Source: Priapulus caudatus (Eukaryota). From it: a stretch of 31,249 bases of DNA. The first letter of the stretch is position 1. The number at the start of each line of letters is the position of its first letter. Location of the stretch: NCBI RefSeq assembly GCF_000485595.1, contig NW_014577084.1, positions 284,575 through 315,823 of the forward strand, given 5' to 3'. Made by a program: the position numbers and the translations under genes. The notes under the pieces are model-generated. The model was given only the letters and a program-made list of their open reading frames with translations, did not search any database and had not been told where the DNA came from. Of the stretch, positions 11,901 to 19,790 are shown in pieces.

Positions 11901-14900
11901 GAAGGAAGTGACAAGCTCTTGTACTATCCCAGTGTAAATCCATGGTTTGGACCACCCATTACCTTCCTCGTCAGTAAGTCTAAACCTCAGCATGGGCAAC
12001 ACAGAGACGTAAGCAGACACGTGCAAATTTACTAAGAGGAAAGCGTACATGCTCTAGATACAGATACAGAAATAAGAATTAACATAAGCAGACCAACTTG
12101 TATGCACACTCGTGCAGTAGCGCATACATGAACACACAAACATACACACACAATCATGCATGCACACACGCACACACATCATCACATACACATAGGTACT
12201 TGGATGCAAGCAGAAATAACTAAACGTGGATATATACCGGTTACCGTAATAATTAATTGATCATGGGTTCATCCCCTTTTGATCATGGGTGTCAACTGGA
12301 CTCCCTATAGCTTCATAAAGCTGGAGGTAGCATGGCCGAATATAGCACCTTTACTGTGTTGCAGGTGTAGGAGCACTGTACCCTCCTTGCATGAGAGATG
12401 ACATTCATACCAACATAGCTCTGGCACAACTTAGCGAGGACAACCCAGCTAACCTCGGTTGCTGTGAGGTGGCCGCCCACCAGGTGGCAGCAACTACCAC
12501 ACAGGACGAATGTCAGGAGCTATCTAATGGTAACTTGCTTCTCTTTCATGTTTTTTTTTTTACTGATGCTCATGCTGCTGTGCGCAGTATTCTGAATGTG
12601 CTGTATTATCCCTATACTGATTGTACTGACACCACGTGGAGACTGCGTGGTTTGTTGTTACACAGAGCTTTTTTACTGATACCTCGGTACTTAACCACGG
12701 TTTTTTACGGATACTCATGCTGCTGTGCACAGTACTCTGCTTGTGCTGTACGTATTATCCCTATACTTATCTATCTGACACCACGTGGAGACTGGTTGGT
12801 TGTTATGCTGAGATTACTTATGGGAGTGTGGTTACTCTGTGCTCAAGCAAGCAGTTGTAGTAAAGCTAACCTTACCTATAGATGTGTCACGTGATAACCG
12901 AGTGTCTTGTAGCACGAACACGTCATATAAAGAAAACACGCTATACACGGATCGTGCCGGGAGTACGGCGTGTGTTTGCTTGTGTGTTCGCGCCGCAGGC
13001 TTCGGCGTCTGGACAGCGGAGTCGGTGTGCAGCGAGCGAGCTGCAGGCAACAACAGCGTGAGTCACGAGATCAGGCCGTGCTGTCTCGGCATGGGCGTGC
13101 AGTGCCACCTGACGACAGCCCTGCACTGCTCCTACGTCGGCGGTCACTACCAGCCAGACAGCGAGCACTGCTCCCAGGTTGGCAACCAATATCTCGTACC
13201 ACGCACACCCTCGCACGCATACGCACGCAGGCAAGCACGTACGCTCGCGCACGCCCGCACGCAGGCAAGCACGTACGCTCGCACACGCCCGCACGCAGGC
13301 AAGCACGTACGCTCGCACACGTACACATACGCACGCAGGCAAGCACGTACGCTCGCACACGTACACACGCAGGCAAGCACGTACGCTTGTACACGTACAC
13401 ATACACACGCAGGCAAGCACGTACGCTCGCACACGTACACACGCGCGCATGCACGTACTCTGTATGTCATATATTTCATTCCTGGTGTTACACAGACAAA
13501 TTACCTTGTTTCATGTTTTCAAATTTAATCAATGGAAAATGGTCAATAGTAATTAAAGCAAGAAGCCTATATACACATTACGGTTGCATGTGTTAAAGCT
13601 GTACAACATGTAACAGTTACTAGTTAAAACAAGTTGATAGATACTATCAAGAGTGCATAATAGAGAAGAGTATGACTCGGTTTTAACAGCGTTTTGCATA
13701 GTTTGTATAAACTGGTACAAATAATCTATCAATATGTGAATGAATAATATCAAACTTTCCTTGTTTTCGTCTATGATTCTCCGCTTAATCATATGACACC
13801 ACCAATTACCTGAAAATCGTAGTGTTCTTCAAAAAGTTATTTGAATACGACACGGTCGTACAAGTTTTCACACGCATGAATGCATCTCTCCGACCGAACT
13901 TTCTTAGACTAGTGTTTCTTTGTCTATGACGGTACGCTGGGGCCGTAAGGGCAATCAGCTGCTAGCTAGCTGGCCGTGAGGGCATTTATTTTAGCAACGC
14001 TGGAAACGCTGCACGCTGAATACAATTCGAGCCTAATATCCCATACGACCGCCAAAGTTCCGTCATAGACAATAGACACTAATCCCATAAGAAAAGTTCG
14101 GTCGGAGAGATGCATTCATGCGTGAAAACGTACGAAACTGTCGTATTCAAATAACTTTTTGAACAGAACACATACGATTTTCAGAAATTGGTGGTGTCAT
14201 ATGATTAAGGGAGAATCATAGACGAAAACAAAGGTAAAGTTTGAATATATATTATTCACATATTGATAGATTATTTACCAGTTGAAAACTATGCAAAACG
14301 CTGTTAAAACGAGTCATACTCTTCTCTATTATCCACTCTTGATACTATCAAGAGTGCATATAATAGAGATGCTATCTATTATGCACTCTTGATACTATGA
14401 AAAGTATATACTATGAATCGGTTTGTAACATGCTCTGTTTAGCTCATCTGACATAGTCAGATGCAGCTTGTAGAATCGCATGATCGTCCGTCCCCGTCCG
14501 TCGTCCGTCCGTCGAGCGCCCGTCCGTCCGTCAACAACAGTTGCGCAAAAATCTTAACGCTGCGACGTACGGTCACGATATCGGGACTGTGGGGGTAACC
14601 GAAAACGAGTTGGGATGTCGAAGCTGGGGTCAAAGGTCAAAGGTCAAGAGGTGTAAAAGAAGGGGGAACATTCACTCCTTAACTTAAGGTATAGGGAGAA
14701 ATCAGAATTGCGGCACAAATCTAAACGGCTCGACCTAGGCTTGTGATAGTCGGTGTATAGCATCATGGTAGGAAAAGCCATCACTGTGCCGAAATTGGAG
14801 TCACAGGTCAAAGGTCAAAGGGCACAGGGCAGATTTTAGACATTTTCTGAGGACATGTCTGACGGAGCGATTGAAAAACTTTTTTGTTTCAGCCGGTGAC

Positions 14901-17900
14901 TAGCATTTTTATGGCATTCATTGAAAGGACCATGAAATCTACTTTCTGGCTCACATGCGAAGAGTAGTGTCAGATAACCTTTTGACCCCTCAAAGAGGAG
15001 GGTTAAACATGGATGTTGACTGTCTGTTAGAAAGAATTGACTGCCAGGTTGCTATGTAGAATCTATACATGCCTGGATGTATGAGGCTACAATGTCACAG
15101 TGAAATTTCAAAAAGCTAAGTTTTGGTTAAAGAAGGTTATGCTCCTTAAATCGTATAATTCTATGGCATTCTGATACATGTCAGTATGTTACATGTAACG
15201 TATGCCACTGCAGTGGCTACTGCCAGTGCATGTGTTGATGGTACTGTGTAGTTTTGCCTGCGTTAATGGTTACAGGTGCAGCTCTGCTATACAGCCTGCA
15301 GGCTTGCGTAGGGTAAATGGAGTGAGTGCTACCTATTCTGTCTTGCAAATAGTTGTGTCTACTACGTAGATGGAGCTCCATCTTAATCTGAAGACACTTA
15401 AAACGTACGCGCCATCTCGTGGCAAACTTTCATAACGATCCAAACGAACATTCCTTTGAGAAGGTTCCTGATACCATCCCCTGTGCATTCACTGTTTCGG
15501 CGTGTATGTGAACACATTGGGACTAACAGGGTTTACTAGAATCCCACCACTCCACCACAGAGTCACCGCAGTAGACGTTAGATGAGCGCTGTCGCTCCGC
15601 GGCACTTGTTGGATAAATGCCATGCATGCAGGTCCAGTCCTTTTTTGCACACAACGTATATATAGGTATAGAGATAACAGTAACAGGCTTGATTTTATTA
15701 ACACTCCTAATCAACAAAGCAGTGAAAATAAGATGCTATAGCTCCTGCAGTAGAGATTTTTACCGATAGTGGAATTTTATTAATGGAATATTAATCTGTT
15801 AATATCAATTAAATAACCCAGACATTTTCACATTCTACTGTTGTAGTATGTGTGGGTGTGCGACTGTGCGTGCATACGTGTGTCTGTGTGCGAGTTAAAC
15901 ATGATGTAATTTTCTTGCTTCACACGCATTAAGTAGTCGAGGCAGTTTTAGGATGATTAGAATCATTTTTAAATGTCTCAATAACAAGTGATTTCAATTG
16001 TCTGCAACTACAACCAGATTTTCTGTATGATTGGAACAGTATTTGTGTTTGGTCTTGTCACTGACCAAGAAATTCGGAACATAGATGTTTACAATTTGGG
16101 CAAACCTGCAACATCTATCGTGTCAACTACATATCTCATTTATCAGCTTCAACTGCTGCTCATAGGGTCTATGTCCCCCAGGGTACTGCTGGAATGTACT
16201 TTGGGTACGTTCCGGGGAACATACCCTAGTTACTATCTGATAGGGTTAGGGTTAGGGAGTAGGCGTAGGTGACTCCCTAGACTCGTTAGTGGAGTAGGCG
16301 AGGTACGGTCCGGCATATTAGATAGTACCAGGGTACGTTCCGGCAGTACCCTGGGGGACCCTCTCAGCGTTTAGGATGAATTGGGATCAGATTTGTCAAA
16401 GTTGATCATTTTTTATGGTTCAGTTATTTGTGTACGACGTGTTTCAGGTAAACTGCCTTAGTGCTGTCTGTGGCCTGGATGGGGTAGCCTCACGTGACCT
16501 CGCTGCGCCGAGACAGTGTTGGCGCTTTCTCAGCTCTATCTTGCTTCACGGTGGGCTGTCGGTTACCGTGCTCGTGCTGTCTGTGCAGCTAGTGGTGGCC
16601 CGCCACATTGAGAGACTTGCAGGGGCTATCCGCCTTGCCATTATCTACTTTCTGTGTGCTGTCGGGGGTAATGTGGTGAGTATATAGTATGTATCCACGT
16701 TGTTGGTGTTAATGTCACCAGGGTTGGCAGTAATCATGCTACCAGCTGTACTATGCTATTGCTGCTAGCAGGGTATTAGCTGTACATACAGTTGTGTACA
16801 TGGTCAGTTGACTGCTCCTGTAGATGTTGCTGTGTACTATATCAATATTTAACACATGTAACGATGCCATAGATAGGTTTGGCCAGTATGCTCACTCGCT
16901 GTAGATATGGTCCATATACTGGCTGGTTTCACGGACCATGAATTAATGAATTGTAGCAGCGTGACTGCGTGTGTGGCTCGATGTACCGTTTAATAGCTGC
17001 TTGATCTATTCTATATCTGGCAGTCTGAGATTTCTCGGCGAGCCTAAAATGTCTCCGATGTTCCATCGCTACCTATTTCTGTCTCCAGGTGGCAGCACTT
17101 TTTAGCCCAGACGTGGCACAGCTTGGTGCAGGCGGTGCCATGTTCGGTATGCTAGCAGTCGTCTGGCAGGAACTTTTCCAGACGTGGAATCTCATCGACA
17201 GGCCTTGGTTTGAGGTGGTCAAGCTGACAAGTGTCATGCTGCTCTTCATCACTGAAGGTATTAAATAAAGCATTCCCTGTAGTTATATAGCAAGCCCTGT
17301 AAGTAACGGCCGCTCGAGGGAATGGCCGAAAGCGGGCCTCGTGGAAGAGATGACCTTTCTGTAGATGTTAGCTGCTATTTCGAATTTTTAGTACAAAGCC
17401 AGCTATACGATGTATTTTGTTTTGCAGGCACACTGCCCTACGTCGACAACATTGCATCGTATAGCCAACTCGCTGTGTTAATCACTGGTGTTGTTTTGCA
17501 GGCACACTACCCTCTGGTAATCACTGTGTTGTCTTGCAGGCACACTACCCTACGTCGACAACATCGCTCACGTGGCCTGGTGGCTGGCTTCGTTAATCAC
17601 TGTGTTGTTTTGCGGGCACACTGCCCTACGTCGACAACATTGCATCGTGTAGCCAACTCCTGGGAATTCCTTTGTGTTGTTATACAGGGCCACTACCCTA
17701 TGGTAATCACTGGTGTTGTTTTGCAGGTACACTGCCCTCTGGTAATCACTGTGTTGTCTTGCAGGCACACTGCCCTACGTCGACAACATCGCTCACGTGG
17801 CCGGCTTCGTCATCGGCGGCATCTGCTCGGTGATCTTCCTGCCGTACATCACGCTGAGCCGCTGGGACGCCGTGCTGAAGCGCACGCTCGTCGTCTGCGC

Positions 17901-18090
17901 GATCCCCACCCTCCTCGCTGTCCTCGTCCTCGCCTTCGTCGTCTTCTACGAGGTGCAGATGAGCGTCTGTCCCGTCTGCGCGGTGATCAACTGCGCCCCC
18001 TACATGCCGAACATGTGCAACGCGTCCGTCGCGCACGGCCGCTACACGGTGCAGCGCGGATACCTCTCCAACGCCACGCAGCACGTCTGA
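5854..18090 (+). CDS. RHBDF: Inactive rhomboid (iRhom/RHBDF-like) protein, 14 coding exons, ~835 aa, start exon uncertain
   Basis: Exons joined in continuous phase: 5854-5994, 6960-7059 (or duplicate 7906-8005), 8753-8911, 9419-9851, 10107-10188, 10616-10696, 10880-10997, 11214-11423, 11857-11973, 12365-12529, 12999-13177, 16448-16675, 17089-17257, 17765-18090 (2508 nt incl. TGA). iRhom motifs: VRRQLEELPEYRPWFT before TM1, NPWFGP, GALYPPCMR, GCC, RPCC..CSQVNCLSAVCGL, IERLAGAIRLAIIY, ELFQTW, LPYVDNIAH, FLPYI, C-terminal CPVC..NCAPY..C. N-terminal exons are supported mainly by splice signals and phase. Confidence 0.9.
6429..6730. mobile_element. (CCTAAC)n-containing MITE, family A, 9-bp TSD TCCACTAAT
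   Basis: TIRs ..TCTATGTCCCCCAGGGTACTGC / GCAGTACCCTGGGGGACA..; TSD at 6420-6428 and 6731-6739; partial duplicate 7586-7690. Confidence 0.85.
6626..8530 (+). repeat. ~950-bp near-identical direct duplication across a 10-N gap (7576-7585)
   Basis: 6626-7575 matches 7586-~8530 apart from a few SNPs and short indels. Confidence 0.9.
6960..7059 (+). CDS. RHBDF: iRhom exon (100 nt, phase 0 to 1); identical copy at 7906-8005
   Basis: ttttag acceptor, GTGAGT donor, SWTSGGQERKLLKLQSS...; a single copy restores phase into the 8753 exon. Confidence 0.65.
8472..8642. mobile_element. Related TTAGGG-containing hairpin MITE (family B), TSD TGTACTAAT
   Basis: Shares the GTCTATGT(C/T)CCCC subterminus; ~60-bp TIRs around (TA)n and (GGGTTA)3. 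TSD at 8643-8651; clean left TSD at 7508-7516 in the duplicate copy 7517-7575. Confidence 0.8.
8753..8911 (+). CDS. RHBDF: iRhom exon
   Basis: ttgcag acceptor, in frame with ORF 8770, G|GTAGAT donor. Confidence 0.65.
9419..9851 (+). CDS. RHBDF: iRhom exon (long, low-conservation cytoplasmic region); probable GC donor
   Basis: tttcag acceptor, open frame including ORF 9535; AG|GCAAGG gives the phase 2 needed by the next exon. Confidence 0.6.
10107..10188 (+). CDS. RHBDF: iRhom exon
   Basis: catgcag acceptor, LSAVVPFGEEPVTESESSSRQSIVEPT, GTAATC donor. Confidence 0.6.
10616..10696 (+). CDS. RHBDF: iRhom exon
   Basis: ttttcaaag acceptor, VQPAEKTENEGFLYRVQAYQQYQKLVQ, CAG|GTATAG donor. Confidence 0.65.
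10880..10997 (+). CDS. RHBDF: iRhom exon
   Basis: ttttatag acceptor, QELEERKHIAQAKIARRAQLAMKLRMREKQ, G|GTAACA donor. Confidence 0.65.
11214..11423 (+). CDS. RHBDF: iRhom exon containing TM1
   Basis: ttttcag acceptor in phase 1; VRRQLEELPEYRPWFTCCISALQLITVIIVCAVGGFAKIG; GTAAGG donor. Confidence 0.9.
11390..11677 (+). repeat. Tandem duplication of the TM1-exon 3' end plus intron start; donor dead in copy 2
   Basis: AAAATCG|GTAAGG in copy 1 versus AAAATCG|ATAAGG in copy 2; both end ATATCCCTTAGTG. Confidence 0.8.
11857..11973 (+). CDS. RHBDF: iRhom exon, start of iRhom homology domain
   Basis: MAPVETE..YYPSVNPWFGPPITFLV; GTAAGT donor. Confidence 0.9.
12365..12529 (+). CDS. RHBDF: iRhom exon, iRhom homology domain
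   Basis: VGALYPPCMRDD..LGCC..TTTQDEC; ttgcag / GTAACT. Confidence 0.9.
12999..13177 (+). CDS. RHBDF: iRhom exon, iRhom homology domain
   Basis: IRPCCLGMGVQCHLTTALHCSYVGGHYQPDSEHCSQ; gcag / GTTGGC. Confidence 0.9.
13205..13458. repeat. CA-rich minisatellite (CACGCAGGCAAGCACGTACGCTCG core)
   Basis: About 6 variable-length units. Confidence 0.85.
13648..14341. mobile_element. Foldback MITE with ~285-bp TIRs (CAAGAG..CTCTTG) and 7-bp TSD ATACTAT, Galileo/P-like
   Basis: 13648-13931 is the reverse complement of 14060-14341. ATACTAT at 13641-13647 and 14342-14348. Confidence 0.85.
14349..14391. mobile_element. 43-bp minimal derivative of the same foldback element, in tandem
   Basis: CAAGAGTGCATA..TATGCACTCTTG flanked by ATACTAT (14342-14348, 14392-14398). 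Confidence 0.8.
14438..15004 (+). mobile_element. Helentron-associated non-autonomous element (HINE/DINE-1-like)
   Basis: TTTTAGCTCATCTGAC..GTCAGATG(C)AGCT subterminal hairpin, (GTCC)n microsatellite, GGTCAAAGGTCAA motifs; 3' end approximate. Confidence 0.65.
16158..16368. mobile_element. MITE family A copy, opposite orientation, no intact TSD
   Basis: GCTCATAGGGTCTATGTCCCCCAGGGTACTGC..GGGTTAGGGTTAGGG..CTCTCAGC. Confidence 0.8.
16448..16675 (+). CDS. RHBDF: iRhom exon, rhomboid TM core
   Basis: VNCLSAVCGL..QCWRFLSSILLHGG..IERLAGAIRLAIIYFLCAVGGNV; GTGAGT donor. Confidence 0.92.
17089..17257 (+). CDS. RHBDF: iRhom exon with pseudo-catalytic motif GAGG
   Basis: VAALFSPDVAQLGAGGAMFGMLAVVWQELFQTWNLIDRPW; ctccag / GTATTA. 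Confidence 0.92.
17412..17800 (+). repeat. Seven tandem degenerate copies of the last 3' splice site and exon start of iRhom
   Basis: TGTTGT(T/C)TTGCAG|GCACACT.CCCT units with exon-start positions 17428, 17502, 17540, 17616 (AG mutated to GG), 17688, 17727, 17765. Confidence 0.9.
17765..18090 (+). CDS. RHBDF: iRhom last coding exon
   Basis: TLPYVDNIAHVAGFVIGGICSVIFLPYI..CPVCAVINCAPYMPNMC..TGA. Confidence 0.92.
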
Positions 18091-18124
18091 CCGCGCAGTC
18101 GGCGCGATCGTTCTGTTATTGAGG

Positions 18125-18498
18125 TTGGATGGGTTGTGGAGGGAAGGTTACGTGGTGCGTGAAGTTTGAGACTGTTCCGTGTGTGAGAGAGGATGGATGG
18201 GTTGTTGTGTGGGGAAGGTTACGTGGTGCGTGAAGTTTGAGACTGTTCCGTGTGTGAGAGAGGATGGATGGGTTGTTGTGGGGGGAAGGTTACTTGGTGC
18301 ATGAAGTTTGAGACTGTGATCGTTCCGAGAGAGGATGGATGGGTCATGGGGGCAAGGTTACGTGGTGCGTGAAGTTTGAGACTGTTCCGTCTGTGAGAGA
18401 GGATGGATGGGTTGTTGTGGGGGGAAGGTTACTTGGTGCATGAAGTTTGAGACTGTTCCGTGTGTGAGAGAGGATGGATGGGTTGTTGTGGGGGGAAG
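18125..18498. repeat. ~70-bp minisatellite just after the iRhom stop codon, running into a gap
   Basis: AGGTTAC(G/T)TGGTGC..GAAGTTTGAGACTG recurs about every 70 bp, 5+ copies. Confidence 0.9.
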
Positions 18499-19115
18499 NN
18501 NNNNNNNNNNNNNNNNNNNNNNNNNNNNNNNNNNNNNNNNNNNNNNNNNNNNNNNNNNNNNNNNNNNNNNNNNNNNNNNNNNNNNNNNNNNNNNNNNNNN
18601 NNNNNNNNNNNNNNNNNNNNNNNNNNNNNNNNNNNNNNNNNNNNNNNNNNNNNNNNNNNNNNNNNNNNNNNNNNNNNNNNNNNNNNNNNNNNNNNNNNNN
18701 NNNNNNNNNNNNNNNNNNNNNNNNNNNNNNNNNNNNNNNNNNNNNNNNNNNNNNNNNNNNNNNNNNNNNNNNNNNNNNNNNNNNNNNNNNNNNNNNNNNN
18801 NNNNNNNNNNNNNNNNNNNNNNNNNNNNNNNNNNNNNNNNNNNNNNNNNNNNNNNNNNNNNNNNNNNNNNNNNNNNNNNNNNNNNNNNNNNNNNNNNNNN
18901 NNNNNNNNNNNNNNNNNNNNNNNNNNNNNNNNNNNNNNNNNNNNNNNNNNNNNNNNNNNNNNNNNNNNNNNNNNNNNNNNNNNNNNNNNNNNNNNNNNNN
19001 NNNNNNNNNNNNNNNNNNNNNNNNNNNNNNNNNNNNNNNNNNNNNNNNNNNNNNNNNNNNNNNNNNNNNNNNNNNNNNNNNNNNNNNNNNNNNNNNNNNN
19101 NNNNNNNNNNNNNNN
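18499..19115. other. Assembly gap (617 N); smaller gaps at 224-248, 5085-5109 (25 N each) and 7576-7585 (10 N)
   Basis: N runs. Confidence 0.99.
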
Positions 19116-19790
19116 GCTGAGTAGAAACCCAAAGGTATTATGAATGGCCAGAACTAAGCGTGGAAACCCAAATATATTGTAAATGGCCAGTGCTGAGTGG
19201 AAAACCAAAGGTATTATGAATGGCCATAGCTAAGAGTGAAAAACCAAATATATTGTAAATGGCCAGAGCTAAGAGTGGAAACCGAAAGGTATTATGAAAG
19301 GCCATAGCTAAGAGTGGAAAACCAAAGATATTGTAAATGGCCAGAGCTGAGTGAGTGGAAAACCAAAGGTATTATGAATGGCCAGAACTAAGAGTGGAAA
19401 ACCAAAGGTATTATGAATGGCCAGGACTAAGCGTGGAAACCCAAAGATATTGTAAATGGCCAGTGCCAAGTTGAAAAACCAAAGGTATTATAAATGGCCA
19501 TAGTTAAGCATGGAAAACCAAAGGTATCATGAGTGGCCAGAGCTAAGAGTGGAAAACCTAAGGTATTATGAATGGTCATAGCTAAGAGTGGAAAACCAAA
19601 GATATTGTAAATGGCCAGAGCTGAGTGGAAAACCAAAGGTATTATGAAAGGCCAGAGCTAACAATGGAAACCCAAATATATTGTAAATGGCCAGAGCTAA
19701 CTAGAAAACCAAAAGTATTATGAATGGCCAGAGCTAACTAGAAAACCAAAAGTATTATGAATGGCCAGAGCTAAGAATCTAAGGTATTTA
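19116..19790. repeat. ~39-bp minisatellite, ~17 copies, two alternating variants
   Basis: GCTAAGAGTGGAAAACCAAA + GGTATTATGA or ATATTGTAA + ATGGCCAGA. Confidence 0.92.

Noticed and set aside
12568..12810. Degenerate ~145-bp intronic tandem duplication as a hidden exon for the missing iRhom-domain segment
   Set aside because: Listed ORF translations show no iRhom-like motif, and the flanking exons already join in phase.
17290..17345. GGCC..GGCCGAAA stem suggestive of a hammerhead ribozyme
   Set aside because: The required CUGANGA core is absent (CTGTAAG) and the other stems are unconvincing.
18344..19208. Long ORFs in the ORF track
   Set aside because: They are open only because they cross the 617-N gap.
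19116..19790. Regularly spaced ~39-bp repeats resembling a CRISPR array
   Set aside because: Units are contiguous with no unique spacers, there are no cas genes, and the context is a spliced eukaryotic locus.
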